From NCBI RefSeq assembly GCF_003367075.2, contig NZ_CP065936.1, positions 1,290,001 through 1,322,000 of the forward strand: DNA of 32,000 nt. Reading direction: 5' to 3'. Below, piece after piece: positions 22,354-31,778 of the stretch; position 1 is the first letter of the stretch, and each line of letters opens with the position of its first letter. The translations under genes and the position numbers were made by a program. Below the pieces are notes generated by a model that was not told where the DNA came from, did no database searches, and worked only from the letters and a program-made list of their open reading frames with translations. Source of the stretch: Cylindrospermopsis raciborskii Cr2010. GTDB lineage: Bacteria > Cyanobacteriota > Cyanobacteriia > Cyanobacteriales > Nostocaceae.

Positions 22354-22962
22354 ATGATATTAGTTATATTATTCCTATATCCTGCACTGGAAAAACTCCT
22401 CTATAGTTTAGTTACACACTATGATAATCTAATCAACACTCTTATAAATCTAACACCGGGTTCATTTATAAGCGTATCCATGAGTAATGTCTCTATAAAT
22501 AATAGATCAGGCATATCAGGATTAGAACTACCTGGAACTTACTTATTAAATTATACTAAAGAAAAAAGATACCTAGGTCTTGATTACAAAGAAGGTTACA
22601 CACTTGTTCTGGCTTGTGAAAACTCACACACAAATCAACAGTTTCAAGACATGACCGATGGAGAAAGACAGGAGCTATTAAAAAAGCTAAAGTTGGATTA
22701 CGGGAGGATTTTGCTCAACTATTTTAGTGTGGACCAGAATTTAAAAACAACAATTGACCAGTTTATCAGTACCCTATTTTGTGCTAATATTCCTGTGCTT
22801 CAGGTTATAGAAATTCACATGGAGCTGATTGACGAATTTTCTAAACAGCTAAAATTAGAGGGGAGGAGTGATGAAACCTTACTAGACTATAGACTAACAC
22901 TCATAGATGTACTAGCCAATTTGTGTGAGGTTTATCGATGTTCAACTTCTAGGATAACCTGA
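22354..22962 (+). CDS. kaiA: Circadian clock protein KaiA, N-terminally shortened form
   Basis: C-terminal KaiA domain: [92 protein letters not shown]; immediately followed by kaiB and kaiC. The exact start is uncertain. Confidence 0.93.
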   Translation: MILVILFLYPALEKLLYSLVTHYDNLINTLINLTPGSFISVSMSNVSINNRSGISGLELPGTYLLNYTKEKRYLGLDYKEGYTLVLACENSHTNQQFQDMTDGERQELLKKLKLDYGRILLNYFSVDQNLKTTIDQFISTLFCANIPVLQVIEIHMELIDEFSKQLKLEGRSDETLLDYRLTLIDVLANLCEVYRCSTSRIT

Positions 22963-23306
22963 TGAATAAAACCAAAAAGACTTATGTATTAAAGCTATAT
23001 GTAGCTGGTAACACGCCCAACTCTGTGAGAGCATTAAGCACATTAAAAAACATATTAGAGAAAGAATTTGAAGGAGTCTATGCTTTAAAAGTGATAGACG
23101 TTCTCAAGAGTCCACAATTAGCAGAGGAAGATAAAATTCTAGCCACACCCACACTGTCAAAGATTTTACCACCGCCGGTGCGCAAGATCATTGGAGATCT
23201 GTCTGATCGGGAGAGGGTGTTAATAGGTCTAGACTTACTCTATGAAGAGCTGAGCGAGGAGGAGTGGGATAACATAGATGATCACAAAATTGAGGAAATA
23301 AACTAG
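22962..23306 (+). CDS. kaiB: Circadian clock protein KaiB
   Basis: [90 protein letters not shown]. Confidence 0.98.
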   Translation: MNKTKKTYVLKLYVAGNTPNSVRALSTLKNILEKEFEGVYALKVIDVLKSPQLAEEDKILATPTLSKILPPPVRKIIGDLSDRERVLIGLDLLYEELSEEEWDNIDDHKIEEIN

Positions 23307-23346
23307 TCCGTATGGGACAATTAACCATTTAAGATCAAGTATACAA

Positions 23347-24906
23347 TTGGCAATGAGCGACCAGGAGAAACAAGAACAAAAAGAACAGCCAACCCCTACC
23401 AGCGCTGGAGTAGAGAAAATTCGCACTATGATAGAGGGGTTTGATGATATTAGCCATGGTGGGTTACCAATTGGCAGAACCACTCTGTTAAGCGGTACTT
23501 CTGGAACCGGAAAGACCCTATTATCATTACAATTTCTCTATAATGGCATTACCCACTTTGATGAACCGGGAGTATTTGTTACCTTTGAGGAGTCTCCCAG
23601 TGACATTATCAAAAACGCCCACATTTTTGGCTGGAACCTGCAGAAACTGATTGAACAGGGAAAACTGTTTATTCTGGATGCTTCCCCAGATCCTGAAGGA
23701 CAGGACATAGTGGGGAACTTCGACCTTTCAGCTTTGATTGAACGATTACAGTATGCCATTCGTAAATACAAAGCTAACCGAGTTTCTATAGACTCAATTA
23801 CCGCCGTATTTCAACAGTATGAAGCCATAGGGGTAGTAAGAAGAGAAATATTTCGGTTAGTAGCCCGTCTAAAACAGCTGAATGTCACCACAATTATTAC
23901 TACAGAAAGGGGTGAAGAATATGGACCAGTAGCTTCCTTTGGGGTGGAAGAATTTGTGTCTGATAACGTAGTGATTGTTCGTAACGTTTTGGAGGGAGAA
24001 CGCCGCCGACGGACCATTGAGATTCTCAAACTGCGCGGTACAACCCACATGAAAGGTGAATATCCCTTTACGATTACCAATGCAGGGGTGAATATATTCC
24101 CCTTGGGAGCAATGCGGTTAACACAAAGATCTTCTAACGTTCGGGTTTCTTCAGGGGTTAATACCCTAGATGAAATGTGTGGGGGAGGTTTCTTCAAAGA
24201 CTCAATTATTTTAGCTACTGGGGCTACTGGTACTGGAAAAACCCTCCTGGTAAGTAAATTTATCCAGGATGGCTGTGTTAGCGGTGAAAGAGCCATACTA
24301 TTTGCCTATGAAGAGTCTCGAGCCCAACTGTCGCGTAACGCTTATTCTTGGGGGATTGACTTTGAAGAGTTGGAACGCCAGGGTTTATTAAAAATAATTT
24401 GTACCTACCCCGAATCTACCGGTTTAGAGGATCACTTACAAATTATTAAATCAGAGATTGCCGACTTCAAGCCAGCTCGTATTGCTATTGACTCTCTTTC
24501 AGCCTTAGCTAGAGGTGTAAGTAATAATGCCTTCCGCCAATTTGTCATTGGTGTAACTGGCTATGCTAAACAAGAAGAAATCACCGGTTTCTTCACTAAT
24601 ACCAGTGACCAGTTTATGGGATCTCACTCGATCACCGATTCTCACATTTCTACTATTACCGACACAATTATTATGTTACAATATGTAGAAATCCATGGGG
24701 AAATGTCCCGGGCAATAAATGTATTTAAAATGCGTGGTTCTTGGCATGATAAGGGAATTAGAGAATACAACATTACAGCAGATGGACCCAATATTAAAGA
24801 TTCCTTTAGGAATTACGAGAGAATCGTCAGTGGGGCACCTACCCGAGTTAGTATAGATGAGAAAGCAGAACTTTCTCGCATTGTTAAACGGTTCGAAGAT
24901 AAATAA
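23347..24906 (+). CDS. kaiC: Circadian clock ATPase/kinase KaiC
   Basis: Duplicated RecA-like domains with Walker A SGTSGTGKT and TGATGTGKT; phosphosite region DSHISTITDTIIMLQYVEIHGEMSRAINVFKMRGSWHDKGIREY. Confidence 0.98.
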   Translation: MAMSDQEKQEQKEQPTPTSAGVEKIRTMIEGFDDISHGGLPIGRTTLLSGTSGTGKTLLSLQFLYNGITHFDEPGVFVTFEESPSDIIKNAHIFGWNLQKLIEQGKLFILDASPDPEGQDIVGNFDLSALIERLQYAIRKYKANRVSIDSITAVFQQYEAIGVVRREIFRLVARLKQLNVTTIITTERGEEYGPVASFGVEEFVSDNVVIVRNVLEGERRRRTIEILKLRGTTHMKGEYPFTITNAGVNIFPLGAMRLTQRSSNVRVSSGVNTLDEMCGGGFFKDSIILATGATGTGKTLLVSKFIQDGCVSGERAILFAYEESRAQLSRNAYSWGIDFEELERQGLLKIICTYPESTGLEDHLQIIKSEIADFKPARIAIDSLSALARGVSNNAFRQFVIGVTGYAKQEEITGFFTNTSDQFMGSHSITDSHISTITDTIIMLQYVEIHGEMSRAINVFKMRGSWHDKGIREYNITADGPNIKDSFRNYERIVSGAPTRVSIDEKAELSRIVKRFEDK

Positions 24907-25036
24907 ACTGTGAAATGCCAAAATGAAGTTATGTTTGGTATAGTAGCATGTTATTTGTTTCCTTGGTTATGATGCTATATTCTGTGGGAAGACAACTTTT
25001 TTTGCTCGCAGATGGTTCTTTGTGTGAGGGGATGCG

Positions 25037-26842
25037 GTGAAAGGACAGCAATTATTTCATAGTTTCTTGCCCGGTGTGACAGCAGCAGTATTAACAACTC
25101 AGCCTGCTTGGGCTGGAACCTTCAAGGCTAATGATTTGAAACTGGTTTCTTCTCCTGTTGTATCGACTGCGACGAATCCTAAAGTTTCTGTTGTGGAAAA
25201 CAACTGGCAGCTGGCTGCAACTACGGTTGATCATGCACCACTTTTTGACTATCAGCTTGATTTTGGTCAAGCTGTTTTACCGGAACTGCCTAGTTCTAGT
25301 CCACTCCCGGTGGTAAATGGTGCTAATGTACCATCGCCAACCAAGCTCAAAACAGTTTTGTCCTTATCCCCGGTTAACCCCAAGGTGATATCAGGGAAAA
25401 TTTATAATCAGGTAGCTCAGATAACATTACCTAAGGACAATCCTTCGGGAATAGCACAAACTAATTCCCAATCTGTGAACCCTACATCGGATTCTACTCA
25501 GACGATTTTGGAACGTTTTAAACCTAACCCCAACTTTTTGGATGTACCTCAAGATTCTCAAGGAGTTAAGGTGCAGACAACAGAGGCAATTAGTTTAGAA
25601 CAGGCTTTGGAATTGGCCAAGCAGAATAATAATGATTTACAAGTGGCTGTTTTGCAGTTACAACGTAGTCAATCCTCTTTAAGGGAGGCACAAGCTGCTT
25701 TGTTGCCTAGCTTGAATGTACTCGGTGGTGTGACCAGAAGTCGTAGTTCCAGTGCTACTCTCCAGGAAAGACAAACCGCTAAACGTCTCAATATACCCTC
25801 TGAAAATCCAGACGCTACCTCCGTATTTGATTCTCAGGCAGAACTACGGTATGACTTATACACATCAGGTAGAAGAACGGCAGCTATTAAGGAAGCCGAA
25901 GAACAAGTGCGTCTCCAACAATTTGAGGTGGAAAGGCAATCGGAAGAAATTCGTTTAAATGTTGCTACGGAGTATTATGGCTTGCAACAGTCAGATGAGA
26001 GCGTGAGAATTGCTCGCTCCGCAGTGGAAAATTCCCAAGCCAGCTTACGGGATGCTCAAGCATTAGAGCGAGCAGGTGTGGGAACCAAATTTGATGTGTT
26101 GCGATCGCAGGTTAATTTAGCCAATTCTCAACAAGAACTGACAGATGCCCTATCCCAGCAGGCTATAGCTCGTCGTCGTTTGTCCCTGAGATTGAACTTA
26201 CCTCAGTCTGTGAGTATTACCGCTTCGGATCCGGTGCAGTTAGCGGGATTATGGAAAAGCAGTTTAGAAGATAGTATTGTTCTAGCTTATGAAAACCGTG
26301 CCGAACTGCAGCAAAAATTGGCAGAGAGGAATATTAGAGAACAACAAAGAAAACAAGCCTTAGCCACACTAGGTCCGCAAATTAGCTTCATTGCCAGATA
26401 TGACTTATTAGATCAATTTAACGACGGAGTGGCGATTAACGATGGTTATTCTGTGGGATTGCGAGCCAGCATGAACCTATATGATGGTGGTGCTTCCCGG
26501 GCCAGAGCAGCTAGGGCTAAAACTGAAATAGCCATTGCGGAGACTGAATTTGCTGAAAGGCGTAATCAGGTTCGTTTTCAAGTGGAGGAAGCCTATTCCA
26601 GTCACCTAGCCAATTTGGAAAACGTGCAAACTGCTGCTACTGCTCTAGATCAAGCTAAGGAATCCCTGAGACTGGCTAGACTACGTTTCCAAGCTGGTGT
26701 GGGAACTCAAACCGATGTTATCAATGCCCAAAGTGAACTTACCCGTTCGGAGGCTAATCGTGTTCGGGCTATTTTGAATTACAATTTAGCTCTAACCAGA
26801 TTACAGAGATATGTCACCTCTAGGGCGGTTCAAAAGTCTTGA
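25037..26842 (+). CDS. TolC family outer-membrane efflux protein (GTG start)
   Basis: SLEQALELAKQNNNDLQVAVLQLQRSQSSLREAQAALLPSLNV and the repeated GVGTKFDVLRSQVNLANSQQELT / GVGTQTDVINAQSELTRSEANRVRAILNYNLALTRLQR motif; signal-like N-terminus. Confidence 0.92.
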   Translation: MKGQQLFHSFLPGVTAAVLTTQPAWAGTFKANDLKLVSSPVVSTATNPKVSVVENNWQLAATTVDHAPLFDYQLDFGQAVLPELPSSSPLPVVNGANVPSPTKLKTVLSLSPVNPKVISGKIYNQVAQITLPKDNPSGIAQTNSQSVNPTSDSTQTILERFKPNPNFLDVPQDSQGVKVQTTEAISLEQALELAKQNNNDLQVAVLQLQRSQSSLREAQAALLPSLNVLGGVTRSRSSSATLQERQTAKRLNIPSENPDATSVFDSQAELRYDLYTSGRRTAAIKEAEEQVRLQQFEVERQSEEIRLNVATEYYGLQQSDESVRIARSAVENSQASLRDAQALERAGVGTKFDVLRSQVNLANSQQELTDALSQQAIARRRLSLRLNLPQSVSITASDPVQLAGLWKSSLEDSIVLAYENRAELQQKLAERNIREQQRKQALATLGPQISFIARYDLLDQFNDGVAINDGYSVGLRASMNLYDGGASRARAARAKTEIAIAETEFAERRNQVRFQVEEAYSSHLANLENVQTAATALDQAKESLRLARLRFQAGVGTQTDVINAQSELTRSEANRVRAILNYNLALTRLQRYVTSRAVQKS

Positions 26843-26893
26843 TCCATGGGGGATTTCAGGAAATGGGGAAAATTGTGTTTTCATGAATTTTAT

Positions 26894-27394
26894 ATGAATT
26901 ATCTTGTTGCTGTGCTACCAGATCGTATCCAGGCCGAATCGGCCTACTTGAGTTTAGAAAAGGAGGGTATTACTAGCTCCATTTTGGGTAGGGGATATAA
27001 AACTGCTGATGAGTTTGGGTTAATAGATCCCAATGAAGAGGCTAAAAAACAAGTTAAACTCATGGCATTTTGGTTAATACCATTTGGCTTTTTTGCTGGG
27101 TTTACATTTAGTTTAATTACTGGCTTAGACACGTTTATCTGGGCTGGGGAAATTGGTAATCATATAATTGGGGGTTTACTGGGCGCTGCTAGTGGTGCTA
27201 TGGGTAGTGTGTTTGTGGGAGGTGGTGTAGGTTTGATTTTTGGTGGTGGTGATGCTTTACCCTATCGCAACCGGTTATCCGCTGGGAAATACCTAATTGT
27301 AGTTCAAGGTTCAGAAGCTCTGACTCGCCAAGCTACACGCATTCTCCGTCAGTATGATCCAGAGAATATTCAAGGTTATGCAGATAATGGTTAG
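26894..27394 (+). CDS. Conserved membrane protein with glycine-rich/glycine-zipper segment
   Basis: NYLVAVLPDRIQAESAYLSLEKEGI; hydrophobic stretches with GEIGNHIIGGLLGAASGAMGSVFVGGGVGLIFGGG; start could be 26846. Confidence 0.75.
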   Translation: MNYLVAVLPDRIQAESAYLSLEKEGITSSILGRGYKTADEFGLIDPNEEAKKQVKLMAFWLIPFGFFAGFTFSLITGLDTFIWAGEIGNHIIGGLLGAASGAMGSVFVGGGVGLIFGGGDALPYRNRLSAGKYLIVVQGSEALTRQATRILRQYDPENIQGYADNG

Positions 27395-27439
27395 TAAAGC
27401 AGCTTAAAAACTAGTCAAACCCCACTTTGAAGATTAATT

Positions 27440-28219
27440 ATGTTGCCAAGAGAAGAACTGTTAAAGGGTGTTGAAAACCGCGATATTATTGCCCATGTAA
27501 TTGACCAAGCAGAACAGGCTATAAAGACCTGGGAAGTGGTAATAACTGACTTTTTATCTCCCCCAGAGTTAGCTGAAATTGAACGAGTTTTTAGCCGGTT
27601 AATGGAGGTGCATTTAGTAGCCTGGGGTGGATATCTCCAAGCTGAACGTCAACGAGTGGCTATCGCTCGTTCTGAAATGCCTTTAGATATATCCCAAGTG
27701 GTTGTTACCGTTTTAGACATAGCTGGAAATTTTCTGTTTGACACTGCCACCCACCGGGATTTTTTAGGGGCTATGCTAGGTACGGGGATTGTGCGAGAAA
27801 AAACAGGAGATATCATTATTTTAGGGGAGAGGGGAGCCCAAGCAATAGTAGTTCCAGAACTGGCAGAATTTTTAACCATGAATTTGCAACAGGTGCGTTC
27901 TGTGCCAGTGAAAACTCAGGTCATAGATTCTAGCGAGTTAAAAATTAGGGAACCCAAAAAGAAGGAATTAACTACAGTAGAAGCTTCTTTAAGATTGGAT
28001 GCCATTGCTTCTGCTGGTTTTGGTATGTCTAGAAGTAAAATGGTTGATTTAATTGATTCCGGGGATGTGCGTGTCAATTGGAAGGAGATTACTCAAAGCA
28101 GTTACCAGTTAAAAATGGGAGACTTAATAGCAATTCGCGGTAAAGGGCGTTTGCAAGTGGGCGAAATTGCTGTCACCAAAAAGGACAGATATCGAATCCA
28201 GTTGACTAGGTATATGTAG
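27440..28219 (+). CDS. S4-domain RNA-binding protein (cyanobacterial YlmH-like, 'photosystem II S4 domain protein' type)
   Basis: VVTVLDIAGNFLFDTATHRDFLGAMLGTGIVREKTGDIIILGERGAQAIV, then the S4 motif RLDAIASAGFGMSRSKMVDLIDSGDVRVNWKEIT. Confidence 0.88.
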   Translation: MLPREELLKGVENRDIIAHVIDQAEQAIKTWEVVITDFLSPPELAEIERVFSRLMEVHLVAWGGYLQAERQRVAIARSEMPLDISQVVVTVLDIAGNFLFDTATHRDFLGAMLGTGIVREKTGDIIILGERGAQAIVVPELAEFLTMNLQQVRSVPVKTQVIDSSELKIREPKKKELTTVEASLRLDAIASAGFGMSRSKMVDLIDSGDVRVNWKEITQSSYQLKMGDLIAIRGKGRLQVGEIAVTKKDRYRIQLTRYM

Positions 28220-28306
28220 ATCTGGTTAACAACCTTAAATATAAGCTAAATAAATAGAAATTTTCTATAACTTCGATTCATAATTGAATGGGTAACTGCT
28301 AAAGGT

Positions 28307-30805
28307 GTGACAGTGGTTGGTATTGTTATTGTTTCCCACAGCAAACAATTAGCTCTAGGAGCACAAGAACTAGCTGCACAAATGGTACAGGGAAAAATTT
28401 CCCTTGCTGTCGCAGCGGGTGTGGATGACCCCACAAACCCATTGGGTACAGATCCAATTCAGGTTTATCAAGCCATCTCTTCTGTATTCTCTGAGGATGG
28501 GGTCATTGTATTGATGGATTTGGGTAGCGCTCTTATGAGTGCAGAAATGGCATTGGAGTTTTTACCACCAGCACAACGGGATAAAATCTATTTGTGTGAT
28601 GCTCCCTTGGTGGAAGGTGCTATTGCTGCTACTGTTGCTGCTAGTACTGGCAAAAATGTTCAGGAGGTTCTAAGGGAAGCTCAAGGTGCTTTGCTGGCTA
28701 AATCTCATCAATTAAATTTAATCGCTCATCCCTTACATAACGATTCTAACAATATTGACGGTACTGTTCCCACAGAGGAACTTCGCATTCAAATCAAAAA
28801 CCGTCTTGGTCTACATGCTCGACCTGCAGCTCAGTTTGTCGCTACCGCCTGCCGTTTTGAAGCGAAAATTCAGGTGCAGAATTTAACTAGAAATACGGAA
28901 GCAGTTAGAGGTGATAGTATTAACCAAGTTGCTACCCTGGGCGTACGTCAAGGACATGAATTATTAATTACTGCTAGGGGTAGGGATGCTCAGGAGGCAA
29001 TTACAGCTCTACAGTCCTTAATTATCCATAATTTCGGAGAGCAAGATGCTGTTCTGGAATTGCCAACCCACCCCATCTCCCCCCTCCCCGACAATCCTGG
29101 TCAATTTACGGGAATCGCCGCTTCTCCTGGCATTGCGATCGCTCCTGTAGTTCATTATCAATTAGCTCCTGTGTCTATTACGGAATACCACATAGAGAAT
29201 GTGGAAATTGAGTGGCAAAGACTACAACATGCTATCCAAAGGGCGAAACAGGAGATTACGATGTTGCTTTCCCACGCATCGGTGCAAATAGGTGATGCGG
29301 AGGCGGCAATATTTGATGCTCACCTTTTATTTCTGGCAGATCCAGTAATGTTAGATGCTGTTCGTAGGTATATTATAGAAGATAGATTAAACGCTGAGGC
29401 GGCATGGCAAGCGGTAGTGGAAGAGGTAACCAACTCCTATCGCCAACTGGAAGATGCTTATTTGAAGGAGAGAGTGGATGATGTGGTAGATGTGGGAAGA
29501 AGGGTATTGAGAATTCTGCTGGGTAATTTGCCCACGGAATTACATATCTTGGAACCATCAATTGTAGTGGGGACGGATTTAACTCCCTCGGATACAGCTA
29601 GGTTGGATCCTCGCAAGGTATTGGGGATTTGTATGACTGCTGGTAGTGCTACTTCTCATAGTGCTATTATTGCCCGAACTTTGGGTATTCCTGCAGTGGT
29701 TGGTGTGGATTCCCAGGTTTTGACCGTGGAAAATGGTGCTGTAATTGCTCTGGATGGTGAAGGTGGTAGGGTGTGGATAGAACCAGAGGGATCTGTATTG
29801 ACTGCTCTAGAAAATAAACGTCAAGTCTGGCAAACTAATCAAGCTGAAGCTAGAAAGAAGGCCCACCAACCCGCAACTACCCGCGATGGTCAAAGAATTC
29901 ATGTATTCGCCAATATTGGCAGTGTGGCTGATGCTAAAGCTGCTGTTGGCTATGGTGCAGAAGGTGTGGGTCTGCTACGAACAGAATTTTTATATTTGGA
30001 ACAGATTAAACCACCCACGGAGGAAGAACAGTTACAAGTTTATCAGGATATTGCCCAAACTTTAGGGGAACTTCCATTGATTATCCGCACTTTGGATGTG
30101 GGAGGAGATAAACAAATACCCTATCTGGGCTCTACTCTCCAGGAAACTAATCCCTTTTTGGGTGTGCGCGGCATTAGATTTTGTTTGGAACATCCCTATT
30201 TACTCAAAACTCAATTAAGAGCTATTTTACGAGCCAGCGCTAAACACCACATTAAAGTTATGTGGCCTATGATTAGTACTTTAACTGAGTTACGTGCCGC
30301 TAAATCAATTTTAAACCAATCCATGGCAGAGCTTAAAAAAGATGGTATGGAGTTTGATGCCAAACTGCCCGTAGGAGTTATGATTGAAACCCCAGCCGCT
30401 GTAGCTATTGCCGATCACCTGGCCAAAGAAGTAGACTTTTTTAGTATTGGTACAAATGATCTGAGTCAATATGTTATGGCATGCGATCGCACTAATCCTA
30501 AAGTAGCAAATTTAACTGATGCCTTACAGCCAGCCGTGCTGCGGATGATTCAACAAACGGTAGAAGCCGGGCACGCAGCTAATATTTGGGTCGGACTATG
30601 CGGTGAAATTGCCGCTGAAACCGCAGTTGCACCTATTCTTATAGGTTTGGGAATAGACGAACTGAGTACTAATCCCCAGGCGATCGCACCCTTAAAGCAG
30701 GTCATTTCCCAACTGACTACCACTGAATCCCAGGTTTTAGCCAGGGTGGCATTGAACCAGGATTCAGCTTCCAGAGTCAGGGAGTTGGTTTATCCCATAG
30801 GTTAA
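28307..30805 (+). CDS. Multidomain phosphoenolpyruvate-protein phosphotransferase: DhaM (EIIA-like) + HPr + full-length Enzyme I (GTG start)
   Basis: DhaM-like GIVIVSHSKQLALG; HPr NRLGLHARPAAQFV; EI GSATSHSAIIARTLGIPAVVGV, FLGVRGIRF, FFSIGTNDLSQYVMACDR, GLCGEIA. Confidence 0.92.
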   Translation: MTVVGIVIVSHSKQLALGAQELAAQMVQGKISLAVAAGVDDPTNPLGTDPIQVYQAISSVFSEDGVIVLMDLGSALMSAEMALEFLPPAQRDKIYLCDAPLVEGAIAATVAASTGKNVQEVLREAQGALLAKSHQLNLIAHPLHNDSNNIDGTVPTEELRIQIKNRLGLHARPAAQFVATACRFEAKIQVQNLTRNTEAVRGDSINQVATLGVRQGHELLITARGRDAQEAITALQSLIIHNFGEQDAVLELPTHPISPLPDNPGQFTGIAASPGIAIAPVVHYQLAPVSITEYHIENVEIEWQRLQHAIQRAKQEITMLLSHASVQIGDAEAAIFDAHLLFLADPVMLDAVRRYIIEDRLNAEAAWQAVVEEVTNSYRQLEDAYLKERVDDVVDVGRRVLRILLGNLPTELHILEPSIVVGTDLTPSDTARLDPRKVLGICMTAGSATSHSAIIARTLGIPAVVGVDSQVLTVENGAVIALDGEGGRVWIEPEGSVLTALENKRQVWQTNQAEARKKAHQPATTRDGQRIHVFANIGSVADAKAAVGYGAEGVGLLRTEFLYLEQIKPPTEEEQLQVYQDIAQTLGELPLIIRTLDVGGDKQIPYLGSTLQETNPFLGVRGIRFCLEHPYLLKTQLRAILRASAKHHIKVMWPMISTLTELRAAKSILNQSMAELKKDGMEFDAKLPVGVMIETPAAVAIADHLAKEVDFFSIGTNDLSQYVMACDRTNPKVANLTDALQPAVLRMIQQTVEAGHAANIWVGLCGEIAAETAVAPILIGLGIDELSTNPQAIAPLKQVISQLTTTESQVLARVALNQDSASRVRELVYPIG

Positions 30806-30823
30806 GGGAAAAGAAATTGGAAG

Positions 30824-31459
30824 TTAACGGAGAAAGCTACTAACAAACCACATTAAAATAAATGTTAGCACAGCCGAGAACTGGTTAGGAGAAATTGACT
30901 TTCCTAAAATTGACAGGCTATCCAATGGTATTCCCCCAGCTATCAGACCTCCCATCATTAAACCCAGTACCAGAGTTACCAATGTCAACAAAACCGCCCT
31001 CAGAAATTTGTTTTCCTTGCGATTAATGAAATAAATACTTAGAACTAACCCCACAAGTAATGTTAACTGTAATACTTGTGCTGTATTATAGTCGACGAAC
31101 ATACTGATAGAAATTAACCCTAAATAAGAACCTGCTGGCCATAGTATGTCGGAGACACTGGGCTGATCCCAAAATCTTTGTAGCCAAGACGGGGAGTAAG
31201 CGCTGGGGTTAACAACTTGTTTTTGGGGGGATGGCATTCGCATTTCAGGAAAGCGAATTCCTTCAGGAACCTTAATTTTGCCCTCCTGACGCATTCGCAG
31301 ACGCTCCATTAGAATTGCATCATAAGCTGCTTCAACAATTTCCCGAATCCTATTATCACTACCATACTGTTCTAACAGGCGATTTCGAGCATTTTGAATC
31401 TCATCGAAACTAGCATCTTTTGACACCCCAAGATTTTCGTAGGGACTTTGATCGCTCAT
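30824..31459 (-). CDS. CPP1-like (chaperone-like protein of POR, J-like) membrane protein
   Basis: SPYENLGVSKDASFDEIQNARNRLLEQYGSDNRIREIVEAAYDAILMERLRMRQEGKIKVPEGIRF followed by hydrophobic helices. Confidence 0.8.
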   Translation of the reverse strand: MSDQSPYENLGVSKDASFDEIQNARNRLLEQYGSDNRIREIVEAAYDAILMERLRMRQEGKIKVPEGIRFPEMRMPSPQKQVVNPSAYSPSWLQRFWDQPSVSDILWPAGSYLGLISISMFVDYNTAQVLQLTLLVGLVLSIYFINRKENKFLRAVLLTLVTLVLGLMMGGLIAGGIPLDSLSILGKSISPNQFSAVLTFILMWFVSSFLR

Positions 31460-31663
31460 AGCTGTTTTTGGCTTAGATCTTATTGATACTTTTTCCGTTT
31501 AAAGAGGATAGCACTCTTGATAGAGGGGAACAAAACTGCCAAACACCTCGTCAAGTGTTTTGAATAGACTGAACGTAGCTGTTTGGAATGGCCAACTAGA
31601 ATTTAGTTATCACTATTAATAAGAAATGAGGTTTAAGTGGGTGGAATTAAATATAAGATGAAC

Positions 31664-31723
31664 GTAGGTTGGGTTGAAGTATGAAACCCAACGCCACGGG
31701 TCTCGTTCCTCGACCCATCCTAC
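31664..31723 (+). repeat. Nested palindromic intergenic element (cyanobacterial interspersed-repeat-like)
   Basis: Outer arms GTAGGTTGGGT...ACCCATCCTAC (one mismatch), inner GTTGGGTT...AACCCAAC. Confidence 0.6.
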
Positions 31724-31778
31724 AAATAATTCTGTCTCCCTACTCAGGTTTAGTTCTAGTCATGTAATATAGTACCAT

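Noticed and set aside
22215-22406. 63-aa ORF upstream of kaiA as a possible piece of the missing KaiA N-terminus
   Set aside because: MRQYFNFVYLSYQCGNLMTMSWRFHLGEKCGYG... shows no resemblance to the KaiA pseudo-receiver I can recognise.
23538-24921. Minus-strand ORFs (23538, 23811, 24676) antisense to kaiC
   Set aside because: kaiC is unambiguous; these frames show no domain signal and look like shadow ORFs.
31541-31560. AAACAC-CTCGTCAA-GTGTTT hairpin upstream of the CPP1-like gene
   Set aside because: A 6-bp AT-rich stem with an 8-nt loop is within chance expectation; no adjacent U-run supports a terminator.
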